Notes under the pieces: model-generated
The model's database searches: none
The model's input: the letters and a program-made list of their open reading frames with translations, nothing else
What the model was told of the DNA's origin: nothing
Made by a program: the position numbers and the translations under genes
Part shown: positions 1-10,693 of the stretch, in pieces
How the letters are laid out: each line of letters starts with the position of its first letter
Numbering within the stretch: the first letter of the stretch is position 1
Assembly (NCBI GenBank): GCA_051532035.1
Contig: JAOPTW010000016.1
Location: 75,184 to 139,183, forward strand
Direction of reading: 5' to 3'
Source of the DNA: Fibrobacterales bacterium
GTDB lineage: Bacteria; Fibrobacterota; Fibrobacteria; Fibrobacterales; JAOPTW01
Length of the DNA stretch: 64,000 nt

Positions 1-63
1 AAAGCAAAACGTTAGCACTTATATTGCCCTTATGTGCAGTGCACACATGATTGAGGAGACAAA

Positions 64-2511
64 ATGTCACATACCATGAAGACCTATATTGAGCAAACCT
101 TTACCGAACAAATTCGTGCCCACGAAGAGTTGCCCAAAACCACCGGCACCTATGCCGACTTTCCACCCGATCTCAATCCTCTCCTCACTCAAACCCTTCG
201 AGAAAAACAAATTCTCTCCCTGTATAGTCATCAGCGTGAAGCCTATGACTCTATATCTGCCGGGAAAAATACTGTCATTGTCTCCCAAACTGCAAGTGGT
301 AAAACCCTCTCTTTTTTGCTCCCCATTCTCAATCAGCATATCACAGCCAAAAACCCTTTTAGCACCCTTTTCCTCTACCCAACCAAAGCTCTGGCACGAG
401 ATCAAGAGGGAAACCTCGCCTCACTGCTCAATACCGCAAATCTTGAACGAAAGCTGGGCACTTTTGATGGCGACACCCCCAAAGAAGAACGGGCAAAGAT
501 GATGAGAAGTGCCGATTTCATCATGAGTAATCCCGATATGCTCCATGGCGGAATCCTCCCTAACCACAATCGTAAGTGGAAGGATTTTATTTCTCGCTTA
601 AAGTATATTGTCATCGATGAAGTCCACACCTACCGCGGCGCCTATGGCTCTCATGTAGCAAACATTTTTAGACGCCTCCTTCGGGTCTGTGAAATTCACG
701 GCTCTAAACCTATTTTCATCTGTTCATCCGCAACCATTGGTAATCCAAAAGAGCACGTTGAAAAACTGTTTAACCAATCATTTACCGTCATTGATCAAGA
801 TGGTTCACCCCGCCCCAAAAGGGACCTCTATCTCCTCAACCCTTCAATGGCCCGCAGCCATGGCGGATCACTCTATCGAAAAGGCCCCGGTTCAGCCTCT
901 ATTCCATTACTGGTTGAAGCATGTAAACAAGGAGTGCGCACCATCTGTTTTTGCAGGGGTCGACAAGAAGTAGAGCGCCTCTACAAAGCCGTAATCGACC
1001 GAGACCCCAGTTTAAAAAATGTCATTAAACCCTACCGTGGTGGCCTCCTCCCCAACGAAAGACGACAACTCGAAAATGATCTTTTTAGTGGAAAATTAAA
1101 AGCAATTATTTCGACGAATGCCCTCGAGCTCGGTATCGACATTGGCGACCTCGATCTCTGTATACTCTCGGGCCACCCCGGCACGGTCGCGAGTTTTTGG
1201 CAGCAAGCGGGGCGCGTTGGCCGTAAAAATAATAATGCTATCATTGCCTATATCGCCAAAGAGTCGCCGGTAGATCAGTACCTCGTGCATCACTCTGACT
1301 TTATCACTTCAGCACCCGCAGAACAGGCCTGGCTCAATGCCAACAATCCATATATTCTCTTGCAGCATCTCCCTTGCGCCGCCTATGAACATCCGTTTAG
1401 AGAAGAGGAACCTGCCTTTCCCAATGTATTGTTTAATCAAAGTATCGAGGTTCTCAAAGAAGACGGCAGCCTTAAACCCTATAAAACATTTCTGAGGTAT
1501 AGCCGCGATGACTATCCCGCAAAAGGGGTCAACATACGGGGTATGACCGACTACAATATCGAGATCTATTGTGGCACTGAAGTGATTGGTGAAATCGACC
1601 CCATAGGAGCTCGGGGCGAGCTCTACAAAGATGCGATCTACATGCACCTCGGAAAACGCTACATGTCTATGGATTTGGACCTTGAAAAAAAATTATGCCG
1701 AGTAGAACGCGTCGATGTCGACTACTACACCGAGGCTCACTGGGAGCGCAGTGTTTCACTCGAAGAGGAGTTTGATCAACAATTTGTTCATGGCCACAAA
1801 CTCACGTTTGGTTTTATTAATGCAAAGAAACAGCCAAAGCTCTACAAAAAAATCCGCGAAAAGACTTTTGAGAATATTGGATCCGGCCCCATAACCCTTG
1901 CTCCCTTTGAATATGATACTACAGGCTTTTGTATTCAACCCAACCCAACCTGGATGCGTGAAGTACAAGCGGTCGATCGCAGGTTTGTCGGCGCCGGTCT
2001 CTATGGCCTCGCCTCCATCATGCGCAAAGTGTGTCCGTCAGTCTGCATGGCCTCAACCGGTGACATCGAAACTGATGTATCATTAACCGACAAAGATGAG
2101 AGTGAATGGAAAAGCTCACTCTACCTCTTTGATTCAATTGACGGTGGTGTTGGCTACGGCGAAAAAGTGTATGAAAACCTCGACACCTCTCTCAAACTGT
2201 GCCTCGACATAATCAATGAGTGTGAGTGCGAAGCAGGCTGTCCCTCTTGCGTCCCTACAATGCCTCCGGGTGCCGAAGGAGAAGAGATGAGTAGCCTCCT
2301 CATTGAATCAAATGCATCTCGAGAGTGTACCAAAAGTTTACTCCTCGACCTTCTCTACGGAGAGACCTACCTTCCCCAAGTATCCATCATAAAAAAACCA
2401 CTGAATAACCAAATAGAACCACCACCTGCAGACTTGGAATTTTTGATGAATCAAAAAAGACTCTCCAATGCCGCACTCATTATGAAACGAAAAAGGGAGC
2501 GCCTCCATTGA
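64..2511 (+). CDS. DEAH-box SF2 helicase with C-terminal Cys4 domain (MrfA/YprA/Hrq1-like)
   Basis: Q motif LYSHQ, Walker A TASGKT, DEVH, SAT, QQAGRVGR, and C-terminal C...CECEAGCPSC. Confidence 0.9.
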   Translation: MSHTMKTYIEQTFTEQIRAHEELPKTTGTYADFPPDLNPLLTQTLREKQILSLYSHQREAYDSISAGKNTVIVSQTASGKTLSFLLPILNQHITAKNPFSTLFLYPTKALARDQEGNLASLLNTANLERKLGTFDGDTPKEERAKMMRSADFIMSNPDMLHGGILPNHNRKWKDFISRLKYIVIDEVHTYRGAYGSHVANIFRRLLRVCEIHGSKPIFICSSATIGNPKEHVEKLFNQSFTVIDQDGSPRPKRDLYLLNPSMARSHGGSLYRKGPGSASIPLLVEACKQGVRTICFCRGRQEVERLYKAVIDRDPSLKNVIKPYRGGLLPNERRQLENDLFSGKLKAIISTNALELGIDIGDLDLCILSGHPGTVASFWQQAGRVGRKNNNAIIAYIAKESPVDQYLVHHSDFITSAPAEQAWLNANNPYILLQHLPCAAYEHPFREEEPAFPNVLFNQSIEVLKEDGSLKPYKTFLRYSRDDYPAKGVNIRGMTDYNIEIYCGTEVIGEIDPIGARGELYKDAIYMHLGKRYMSMDLDLEKKLCRVERVDVDYYTEAHWERSVSLEEEFDQQFVHGHKLTFGFINAKKQPKLYKKIREKTFENIGSGPITLAPFEYDTTGFCIQPNPTWMREVQAVDRRFVGAGLYGLASIMRKVCPSVCMASTGDIETDVSLTDKDESEWKSSLYLFDSIDGGVGYGEKVYENLDTSLKLCLDIINECECEAGCPSCVPTMPPGAEGEEMSSLLIESNASRECTKSLLLDLLYGETYLPQVSIIKKPLNNQIEPPPADLEFLMNQKRLSNAALIMKRKRERLH

Positions 2512-3281
2512 TCAATCAAACCTTTCAGCACTGTAAGGGCATTGGCCCAGTAACCGAAGAGAAAGTACTCCATGCAGGATTTTCTCGTTGGGAAGATATA
2601 TTAGAAAAACCAGACTCCCTCCCCGTAGGTGGTAAAGTAAAAGACTCTCTCATGCAGATGACCGAGCAGAGTATCTACGCCTTAGAATCAGATGACATTC
2701 AATTTTTTGTCGACTCTTTTGCACCTTCACAACACTGGCGCATCCTTGATCGCTACTTTTCAAAAGCCTCGTACTTTGACATCGAAACCACCGGGTTTTC
2801 AAGCCACGAAAGCGACATCTCATGCATTGTCTGTATGCATAAGGGTGAGCTCCATACTTTCGTTCGTGGTAAAAACCTCGACGACTTTCTTGACCTTCTC
2901 GAAGATGTCGAACTCCTTGTTTCCTTTAATGGTACAAGCTTTGACGTCCCCTTTGTAGTGAATTCATTTCATATTCCAGAGATCCCTTGCCCTCATGTAG
3001 ATCTTAGGTGGATCTGTTATCACGCCGGCATAACGGGTGGCCTAAAAGCTATAGAAAAGCAATTAAATATACAGCGGCCAAAACACCTTCAAGAGGTCGA
3101 TGGTTTTGAGGCAATTTACCTTTGGGAAAACTGGGAGCGTTATCAAGACCATCAATCCCTCAACAAACTCATTCAGTACTGTCAATACGATGTTCGGTCC
3201 CTCGCAACTGTTGCATCAAAAGTCATGACTAAAGTGCGTCCAAAACCTGACATTCATTCTCTCCACACCCATGTTGCATAA
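2508..3281 (+). CDS. RNase H-like DEDD exonuclease (YprB/MrfB-like) with N-terminal HhH-like motif
   Basis: KGIGP, FDIETTG, FNGTSFD and YCQYD motifs; overlaps the helicase stop. Confidence 0.85.
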   Translation: MINQTFQHCKGIGPVTEEKVLHAGFSRWEDILEKPDSLPVGGKVKDSLMQMTEQSIYALESDDIQFFVDSFAPSQHWRILDRYFSKASYFDIETTGFSSHESDISCIVCMHKGELHTFVRGKNLDDFLDLLEDVELLVSFNGTSFDVPFVVNSFHIPEIPCPHVDLRWICYHAGITGGLKAIEKQLNIQRPKHLQEVDGFEAIYLWENWERYQDHQSLNKLIQYCQYDVRSLATVASKVMTKVRPKPDIHSLHTHVA

Positions 3282-4163
3282 GTGAGTAGTATGATTAAAG
3301 AGATAGAAACCAAGTCTATTCTTTCGACCCTTAAAGAACCGGACAGTTTTTTTGGGGTACGCTACAATATGAACCTCTATAGAGGGTGTAGTCATCAGTG
3401 TATCTACTGCGATAGTAGAAGCGAGTGTTATCAGATTGAGGATTTTAACCATAGCATTGAAGTAAAAACGAATGCAATTACTCTACTCAACAAAGAACTC
3501 AGTAAGAAAAGGATAAAGGGGACCATTGGAACGGGCTCTATGAACGACCCCTACATGCCGATTGAAAAAAAATATAAACTTACTCGACAAGCACTGAAAG
3601 CGATTTACCTCAACAGATTTCCTTTACATATCATTACGAAAGGAACCCTCGTTACTCGGGACCGTGACATATTACAAGAGATTCACAAACTCTATGCTGC
3701 TATTAGTTTTTCAATCACCACACCGCATGATGCTATAGCACGATCAATTGAACCAGGCGCCCCCAACGCTACCAATCGTTTCTCTGCAATGAAGACACTT
3801 GCACTTACCGGCCTCTATACCGGAGTAACACTGATGCCTTCTCTACCATGGATAACTGACGATATTAACGATTTAAAAATGCTCATCAACAAGTCAGTCG
3901 ATGCAGGAGCCCAATATATTATATCTGGTTTTGGAGTTACCTTAAGAGACCGACAAAGAGATCATTTTTTCAAAGAACTCGACCAACGATTTCCGACACA
4001 CAAAGAGCGGTATCTCAACACATATGGAACAAGCCACTCCTGTACTCCTACCCATCATCAACAGCTTGATGAGGTTTTTCAGGAGCTCTGCTATGTAAAA
4101 GGTATTGCAACAGAGATTACCCCTTTTCACCTTCAAGAAACCGAGCAACTGCAACTTTTCTAA
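3282..4163 (+). CDS. Radical SAM protein, spore-photoproduct-lyase-like family
   Basis: N.YRGC.HQC.YC motif, DPY.P.E, IITK and EPGA; start may be ATG at 3291. Confidence 0.85.
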   Translation: MSSMIKEIETKSILSTLKEPDSFFGVRYNMNLYRGCSHQCIYCDSRSECYQIEDFNHSIEVKTNAITLLNKELSKKRIKGTIGTGSMNDPYMPIEKKYKLTRQALKAIYLNRFPLHIITKGTLVTRDRDILQEIHKLYAAISFSITTPHDAIARSIEPGAPNATNRFSAMKTLALTGLYTGVTLMPSLPWITDDINDLKMLINKSVDAGAQYIISGFGVTLRDRQRDHFFKELDQRFPTHKERYLNTYGTSHSCTPTHHQQLDEVFQELCYVKGIATEITPFHLQETEQLQLF

Positions 4164-4380
4164 CCAACACCCCCCAATAGTATACACAACACCTTATTCT
4201 TTACATTACCGAAGGCAAAGTAAAGAAGCACTCATTACTCAATGAGCACACTCTAATAACTCAATATCATTGTAAACTTTTGTCAAATAGGCCAAAACAA
4301 AAATAAATAGGCTATCCCTGAATTCAGGTATTATATATTTTGCCATTACGAGGGTAGATATTATTTTGAGAGAGGTAGTA

Positions 4381-5064
4381 ATGCAGTTTGCCGTAGTTTC
4401 TGACATCCACAGTAATTTTTATGCTCTAGAGGCAGTTTATTTTGACATCCGCTCACGCGGCATTGACACAATTTATTGCGCCGGTGATATCGCAGGATAT
4501 TACACACTTCCCAATGAGACCATTGATCTTCTGAAGAAAATGAACGCTCAGGCAATTTTAGGAAATCACGATTTTGATATCCTGTATCGGAAATTCAAAG
4601 ATCCAATGAGTTCTAGTTGTCCCAAAGTTTGGAATTACAACAATCTATCAGAATCGAGTCTTGAATACCTTAAAAGTCTCCCTGATTTTCTCAATGTAGA
4701 GGTAGAGGGTAAAAAAATCCATATCTGTCATGGAAGTCCCTCGAGTAGAACAGAGTACCTCCACCAAAACAGTCTTGGGGCAGAGCTTGCTATAACCAGT
4801 ATCGAACACGATATACTCATATGCGGTCACACTCATATTCCCTATCATCAAAGCTATGGAAACAAACATATTATCAATTCTGGTAGTGTAGGAAAACCAA
4901 AAAATGGGTCACCCAATGCAACCTATGTAATTGTAACAGTCACTGATGATGTCTCTGTTGAAATTGGCGATGTTCAGTATAAATTCCACAAGACCGTGGA
5001 ACATGTCGTGAACTCATCTGAACTTCCAGAACAAAATACCCTTTCGCTTATATACGGAAAATAG
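4381..5064 (+). CDS. Metallophosphoesterase (YfcE-like)
   Basis: SDIHSN, GDI, GNHD, HGSP, GHTH and NSGSVG motifs; RBS GAGG before ATG 4381. Confidence 0.9.
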   Translation: MQFAVVSDIHSNFYALEAVYFDIRSRGIDTIYCAGDIAGYYTLPNETIDLLKKMNAQAILGNHDFDILYRKFKDPMSSSCPKVWNYNNLSESSLEYLKSLPDFLNVEVEGKKIHICHGSPSSRTEYLHQNSLGAELAITSIEHDILICGHTHIPYHQSYGNKHIINSGSVGKPKNGSPNATYVIVTVTDDVSVEIGDVQYKFHKTVEHVVNSSELPEQNTLSLIYGK

Positions 5065-5065
5065 G

Positions 5066-5096
5066 AAACCCCGGCCTGGGGAAGGGCTCGGGGTTT
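5066..5096. terminator. Hairpin between convergent genes
   Basis: AAACCCCG...CGGGGTTT stem. Confidence 0.55.
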
Positions 5097-5139
5097 ACCT
5101 TTGGTGATTGGATTGGGACTACTATCTAATCATCATCTA

Positions 5140-5958
5140 CTATTTTGCTATTTTTGCTTTCTTTTCTGTTTTGTACTTAACCGTATGTTTCTCAAAAGTT
5201 GTTTCAATACTTTCGGTACCTACTGTTCCAATATTTATCTCGAGTGCTCCTGAGCCAGTTGGTGGTTCTTCAGCACCAACCCATGCCATATGTAAGGTAT
5301 AATCTTGATCAACACCCGATGTTGGCTCTACTACAACTGACCCTTCATAGAGATCCATAGCTACACCCCACATCACTCCTTGAGCAACGAGAACAACCTC
5401 GTGCGTATTATCCACAGTCAGGTAATCATATGAGAGTGCCAGTGTTTCACCTTTTTCGACGACATCTACTACAACACCATCTACTATGAGCGAAATTGCT
5501 GTTACTGAGTCTGGCAGTTCAGATACAGTCGCCACAAGTCCAGAATAAGAGGCATCAAGATCCAATACTACTTCAGTTACCGACTCTGGCTCTACATAAA
5601 AAGAAGTCGCGCCGCTATGAATAACCACACCTGCATTATCGACAGTATAAGCGGTGACTGTCCAATTTTTAAATGATGCGAGACCCTCAAAATCAGTAAC
5701 GACATCATCACCACCTCTACTCCTTACCTGATATTTTTTAATGATGGCCTCTTCGCCCTGAGCGCTGAGTGTAACCACAAGCTCATCCATTTCAAATTGT
5801 GATACTTTAGCAAGAATTCCCACTTGTGCTACATCCACAGTCAGTGTTGCGCTGCCTGTCTGATCTGAGCTCTGTGCACTGAGTAGTGAAAGATTGTCGG
5901 AACATCCTACAATGCTCAGAAGTGATACGAGTGCAGCTGCTATTATTACTTTTTTCAT
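5140..5958 (-). CDS. Hypothetical lipoprotein, beta-rich and acidic
   Basis: MKK plus hydrophobic stretch plus lipobox IVGC; long ORF. Confidence 0.7.
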   Translation of the reverse strand: MKKVIIAAALVSLLSIVGCSDNLSLLSAQSSDQTGSATLTVDVAQVGILAKVSQFEMDELVVTLSAQGEEAIIKKYQVRSRGGDDVVTDFEGLASFKNWTVTAYTVDNAGVVIHSGATSFYVEPESVTEVVLDLDASYSGLVATVSELPDSVTAISLIVDGVVVDVVEKGETLALSYDYLTVDNTHEVVLVAQGVMWGVAMDLYEGSVVVEPTSGVDQDYTLHMAWVGAEEPPTGSGALEINIGTVGTESIETTFEKHTVKYKTEKKAKIAK

Positions 5959-6207
5959 ATTCCCCACCCCATTTATGTGTCTGCTGTCTGGATTTCTAAA
6001 ATGATATTTATATATCGAGCATTCCCAGAACCAACATTAGCATTAAGTGTATTTTGAACACTTTAATTTCAACATTAAACTATATCTTCTTTAAATTCAA
6101 CACCTTAACTCACTAGCACAACTATGTAAACCAATGAATAGCCTCAAAAAGCACCATATATTAACGGTGATTAATTAAATTGGGTCATTTTTTTCTAAGT
6201 TCGAGTC

Positions 6208-6705
6208 ATGACTAGAGAAGATATTATCTGTATAACGAACCAAGACCTTGTTGACCTTAGCCAAGAAGCGTCAAACAATCCAAGAAAGCGTAAAAATCTC
6301 AACGTCCACCAACTTGAGGACCCTATACAACGTTTTTTTAATGCCCTCGAGCCAAAAACCTATGTACAACCCCATCGCCATATTGACCCGCCAAAGATTG
6401 AGACTTTTATTCATGTAAAAGGGGCATTTTTGGTAGTTCTTTTAAAAGACGATGGTTCAATTCTACGAGTAGAACGGTTTTCTAACTCAAAAGAGAATAT
6501 TGTTATGGATCTTCAACCAGGTGTATGGCACACCCTCATTTGCGAAGAACCGAGTACTGTATATTTCGAGATTAAAACGGGCCCCTATAAAGCACCAACT
6601 GACAAAGATTTTGCGCCCTGGGCACCTAAACCAGAAACTTTAGAAGCGCAACACTACTTAGACCAACTTCATTTAGATGCTCTTGCATTCATGAAATCGG
6701 TCTAA
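6208..6705 (+). CDS. WbuC-family cupin
   Basis: PRKRKNLN.H, NALEP.TYVQPHRH, WHTL and FEIK.GPY motifs. Confidence 0.85.
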   Translation: MTREDIICITNQDLVDLSQEASNNPRKRKNLNVHQLEDPIQRFFNALEPKTYVQPHRHIDPPKIETFIHVKGAFLVVLLKDDGSILRVERFSNSKENIVMDLQPGVWHTLICEEPSTVYFEIKTGPYKAPTDKDFAPWAPKPETLEAQHYLDQLHLDALAFMKSV

Positions 6706-7398
6706 ACAAAACGCTTGGTTCACATTCTCGGCCACTTGCCGTTGGAGCGCTTCTAATTCTAAACCTAAGTGGTGTGCAGCAGCACTATAGACCTCATCGA
6801 TAGTACCACCCCAATCATCAGTTTCGAAGAGAATCCTATTAAGAGGGGTCTCTTTGAGTGTTGCTATCCTTTTTTTATGCCCCAAGACAATATCTTTACC
6901 ATAAGAGAACCAGACAGGCTGGGTAAGGAGTTGCCGCATCTCATCAATAGAGCCCGAAAACCAGTGAAATATCCATGTAGGAATAGAAGTATTACGAGCT
7001 ATCTCTTGAGCAATATGGTTCGTTGCTTTTACTGAATGAAGCACAATTGGGGCGTTAAACTGCTGAGCAATAGCAATATGGCGTAAAAAAAGATCATATT
7101 GAAGGGCAAAATCTGTGGAAGCCATACCATCGAGACCCGTTTCACCCACTGCAAGACACCCCGAATGAGGGTCTTTTAATAATTGAGAGAGCAAGGAAAG
7201 GTGCTGCTCAAAATCTGTATCTATATACCATGGGTGCACTCCTGCAGAATGTGTCACATTCGTTGGGCGCTCTCTTCCCAAAAGAGAGGCATAGACAGAA
7301 GCCGAAGGAGACACGCTATGGGTATGGGCATCAATCTTCCCTCCCAATGCAACTGCTTTTAAGAGTCCACTATGCACCGAAGGTGTTTCATGAGTCAT
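6673..7398 (-). CDS. TatD-family nuclease
   Basis: DAHTH, GVHPW, VGETGLD, LHSV, HWFSG and FETD motifs. Confidence 0.85.
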   Translation of the reverse strand: MTHETPSVHSGLLKAVALGGKIDAHTHSVSPSASVYASLLGRERPTNVTHSAGVHPWYIDTDFEQHLSLLSQLLKDPHSGCLAVGETGLDGMASTDFALQYDLFLRHIAIAQQFNAPIVLHSVKATNHIAQEIARNTSIPTWIFHWFSGSIDEMRQLLTQPVWFSYGKDIVLGHKKRIATLKETPLNRILFETDDWGGTIDEVYSAAAHHLGLELEALQRQVAENVNQAFCLDRFHECKSI

Positions 7399-7494
7399 AA
7401 TAGTCTACTCGAACAATAATTCTGCTACAAAAAATACTCAATTTTAAAATTTGTATGATATAATAAGTGTTATTCACTATCTACTTGAACTCTT

Positions 7495-9276
7495 ATGTTA
7501 CATGATCATACCGTGAACGACATATCACACAGTGCAGAATATATCAACAAGAAACGTGCCCTCAATAGCAAATTGAGTGTAAGTTTCATATTTCTGTTAG
7601 GGGCACTTGCCACTACATTTTTCTTGAGTGGCTACAAGACACTGACACTAGTACCTGTTCCCTTTATGGTACTATTTATTGCAATCCTATTCGTATCAAA
7701 AACAAGATTTACCAAAGGAGCACGCCAAGGCTTTGTAATCACCTCAAACATTGCTGTTGTCTCACTCTCTATTATAGTGGGTAAAGAGAGTGCTATTGAA
7801 CTGCTATTCATAGCACTTATTATGGTTCCTTTTTTGCTGTTTACCGTTAATGAAAAGTATCAACAGGTATTTTCTATCGTCATAGTGCTCTCTTGTGTTG
7901 CATGTACTCAAATCATACATGTATACAATCCTACTGAAGGAATACCCTCCGCTATGGCGCGTGTGATAGAGTTCATTGTATACTTCTATGTTTTTTTTAC
8001 TGTTACCGCACTCAATATTTCTGCGTATTTAACGACAACATCACGAAGTGATAAATCACAAGAAGACAATGCTGAGTTGGGTAACTACAAGCACAACCTT
8101 GAAGAGAAGGTGCTGGAACGTACCAAGGCGCTCGAAGAGGCCAACCGCTCTAAATCCGAATTTTTGGCAAGCATGTCAAATGAAATTCTGAGTCCCCTTA
8201 ATGAAATTATCAGCTACAATAAACTTCTCAATGGGGCAATACAGCCGAGTCTCCAAGCTCATGTTACAGCAATCGAAAAATCATCACAAAATCTTCTTAC
8301 CCTTATTAACGATATTATTGATGTTTCTAAACTTGAAACTGGTTGGATTAAGCTCAACAAAAACCCACTCGATTTACAATTAATACTCAACGAGATCAAA
8401 GAGACCTACCTCCCTCGCTGCGAAAATAAACAGGTCACTTTCAATGTGAATATCCCACCGAATTTTCCCCATAGAATCATATTGGATGAACTGAGGCTCC
8501 GTCAAATCATCACCAACTTTGTAAGTAACTCCGTTAAGTTTACTTCTTCGGGCACCATTACTATCGATGTCTCCTTTGATTATATCAACGAGAAGCTTAT
8601 CTCATTTGGTCTACAGATTACTGACACCGGGAAAGGCATACCTCAAAACAAACTTGAGAATCTATTCGACACTTTTAGCGTTGGTAACGTCAAAGACTCG
8701 GTTAAATATAAAGGAACGGGACTGGGCCTCTCTATATGTGAAAAACTCATCCGTATGATGGATGGTACCATCAAAGTAAAAAGCCAGCTCAACAAAGGAA
8801 CAACTTTTACGATCCACTTTGGTGATGTAGCAATATCTGAACTCCATGCCATTTCTACCGCTGGTCTCAAAGAGGTCAGCGATATTGATTTTAATGGCCA
8901 GACCATTTTAGCCGTTGATGATGTTGCCTTTAATAGGGATATAGTATCAAAGATTTTAACCAAACATAACTTGCAAGTAATTACCGCTGAGAATGGGTCA
9001 GAGGCAGCCCTTATTGCCCAAAAGGTAATTCCCGATCTCATCATCATGGATATTAGAATGCCCATAATGAATGGATATCAGGCTGCCGAAATTATTAAAA
9101 CAGGCGTAGACACCAAACAAATTCCTATAATTGCATTAACGGCATCGACCAGTTCTAAGGACATCGATGATGATGACAATAACTTTTTTGACGGTGTACT
9201 CCCCAAACCAATTAAAGCACCACTACTGCTAGGGGAGCTTTCGAAGCACCTTCATATAGACGGAACGATTAAGTGA
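7495..9276 (+). CDS. Membrane hybrid sensor kinase/response regulator with degenerate H-box
   Basis: N-terminal TM helices, HisKA-like SMSNEILSPL, HATPase N/G boxes (NSVKFT, DTGKGI, GTGLGL), receiver domain (VDD, MDIRMP, KP). Confidence 0.9.
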   Translation: MLHDHTVNDISHSAEYINKKRALNSKLSVSFIFLLGALATTFFLSGYKTLTLVPVPFMVLFIAILFVSKTRFTKGARQGFVITSNIAVVSLSIIVGKESAIELLFIALIMVPFLLFTVNEKYQQVFSIVIVLSCVACTQIIHVYNPTEGIPSAMARVIEFIVYFYVFFTVTALNISAYLTTTSRSDKSQEDNAELGNYKHNLEEKVLERTKALEEANRSKSEFLASMSNEILSPLNEIISYNKLLNGAIQPSLQAHVTAIEKSSQNLLTLINDIIDVSKLETGWIKLNKNPLDLQLILNEIKETYLPRCENKQVTFNVNIPPNFPHRIILDELRLRQIITNFVSNSVKFTSSGTITIDVSFDYINEKLISFGLQITDTGKGIPQNKLENLFDTFSVGNVKDSVKYKGTGLGLSICEKLIRMMDGTIKVKSQLNKGTTFTIHFGDVAISELHAISTAGLKEVSDIDFNGQTILAVDDVAFNRDIVSKILTKHNLQVITAENGSEAALIAQKVIPDLIIMDIRMPIMNGYQAAEIIKTGVDTKQIPIIALTASTSSKDIDDDDNNFFDGVLPKPIKAPLLLGELSKHLHIDGTIK

Positions 9277-10196
9277 AACTTTTTATCTATTTAAAAAACC
9301 CAATTAAGACATTTGATATGCAAGCATACATTCACGAGATGGTGCTTAAACAGTTCCCTACCCTCGAAGTGGAATCTTTTGAGCGATTTTCCGACCTAGT
9401 AGAACGCATTCATGAGCCCAATATAATTGTCACTTGGGTTTTCAAAAAAGAACTCTACGCCAAAGCAACCAACCTTAAAGAGATCTACACCCCTGCAGCT
9501 GGTAATGACTGGGTTGCTGATGATCCTTCAAGAAATGTTGATGTCACATACGGGACGTTTCACGGTTCAATGATGGCAGAATCACTCGTGGGAAACATCC
9601 TCTACCACAGTCATCGCACCCCACTCATGGTTACTCGTCAAAAGGAGCATCACTGGGACCGGGCTGCCCAATCAGGGATTACTCTTTTAAAAGATCAAAC
9701 AATCCTTATCATAGGATATGGCAATATTGGACGCGCCTGCGCTCAACTGCTTATCCCCTTTGGCTGTCATGTTATTGGTATGAAGCGATCCATCTCCAGT
9801 TCAATCGATGAGTTTGGTGTTGAGTGCACTACTCCCGAGCATATGGAGTCAGCACTTGAGCGCGCCGATCATGTCGTACTTATTTTACCTTCGGGACATG
9901 CTACAGACGGTATGTTTAAACAAGAGTACTTTACCTTTATGAAAAAATCAGCATTTATTCACAACATTGGGCGGGGGAATGCTATCACTACAGAGAGTCT
10001 TATATGGGCACTTGAAAATGAAGTTATTGCTGGTGCTGCTATCGATGTTTTTGAAGTGGAACCCCTCCCTAAAGAGTCACCCCTCTGGGACCTCAAGAAT
10101 CTTTTTATCACGCCCCATTCAGCCTGTGTCTTTGAAAATTATAAGAGTGAGTTTTTCTACGAACTGCGCGATGCACTTTCGGAGCGCCTCGACTAG
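9273..10196 (+). CDS. D-2-hydroxyacid dehydrogenase
   Basis: GYGNIG, NIGRG, DVFEVEPLP and TPHSA motifs. Confidence 0.9.
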   Translation: MKLFIYLKNPIKTFDMQAYIHEMVLKQFPTLEVESFERFSDLVERIHEPNIIVTWVFKKELYAKATNLKEIYTPAAGNDWVADDPSRNVDVTYGTFHGSMMAESLVGNILYHSHRTPLMVTRQKEHHWDRAAQSGITLLKDQTILIIGYGNIGRACAQLLIPFGCHVIGMKRSISSSIDEFGVECTTPEHMESALERADHVVLILPSGHATDGMFKQEYFTFMKKSAFIHNIGRGNAITTESLIWALENEVIAGAAIDVFEVEPLPKESPLWDLKNLFITPHSACVFENYKSEFFYELRDALSERLD

Positions 10197-10221
10197 TACT
10201 TAATAGTAGTACTCTATGTTA

Positions 10222-10464
10222 TTACTGATATTCAAGATAGCGAAGCCCTTTGAGGAGTGAGTGAGTCGTCTCATCTCTGAGAGGCTCATAGAGCTTTGTA
10301 CGCCCTATTTGGTCGAGCACAGGAAACCCTTGCACCGGCATCGTTTCATCACAGGGAATAAAACATCCTATCACTTGGTTCCCTTGTACAACTGCAATTG
10401 GTTCACCACCATTTGATACTTGTGCAAGTCTCTGCCCCAACCGTGTGCTATCAATAACTTCCAT
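10222..10464 (-). CDS. Small hypothetical protein, weak Phd/YefM antitoxin-like N-terminus
   Basis: Short ORF with L..V..GGEPIAVV..N.VIG.F.P pattern; start uncertain (10464 or 10485). Confidence 0.4.
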   Translation of the reverse strand: MEVIDSTRLGQRLAQVSNGGEPIAVVQGNQVIGCFIPCDETMPVQGFPVLDQIGRTKLYEPLRDETTHSLLKGLRYLEYQ

Positions 10465-10693
10465 ATTCCCACCAACTCCTATCATGTCGAATCCATAAGT
10501 GAAACCATTTTACTCTTGATCACAAAAGGAGTCAAGATTATAAACTCACCTTTAAAATTTTTAGCATAGCCTCACATAAAATAGAGTTAAGATTTCTAAT
10601 TCCTCAATTTTATTTTTTATACACCCATAGTTATTTGTTTTTAAGAGAGCTCTGCAGTTTCTAGATTACAGAGTTGTCTCACCTTTTTTTACT

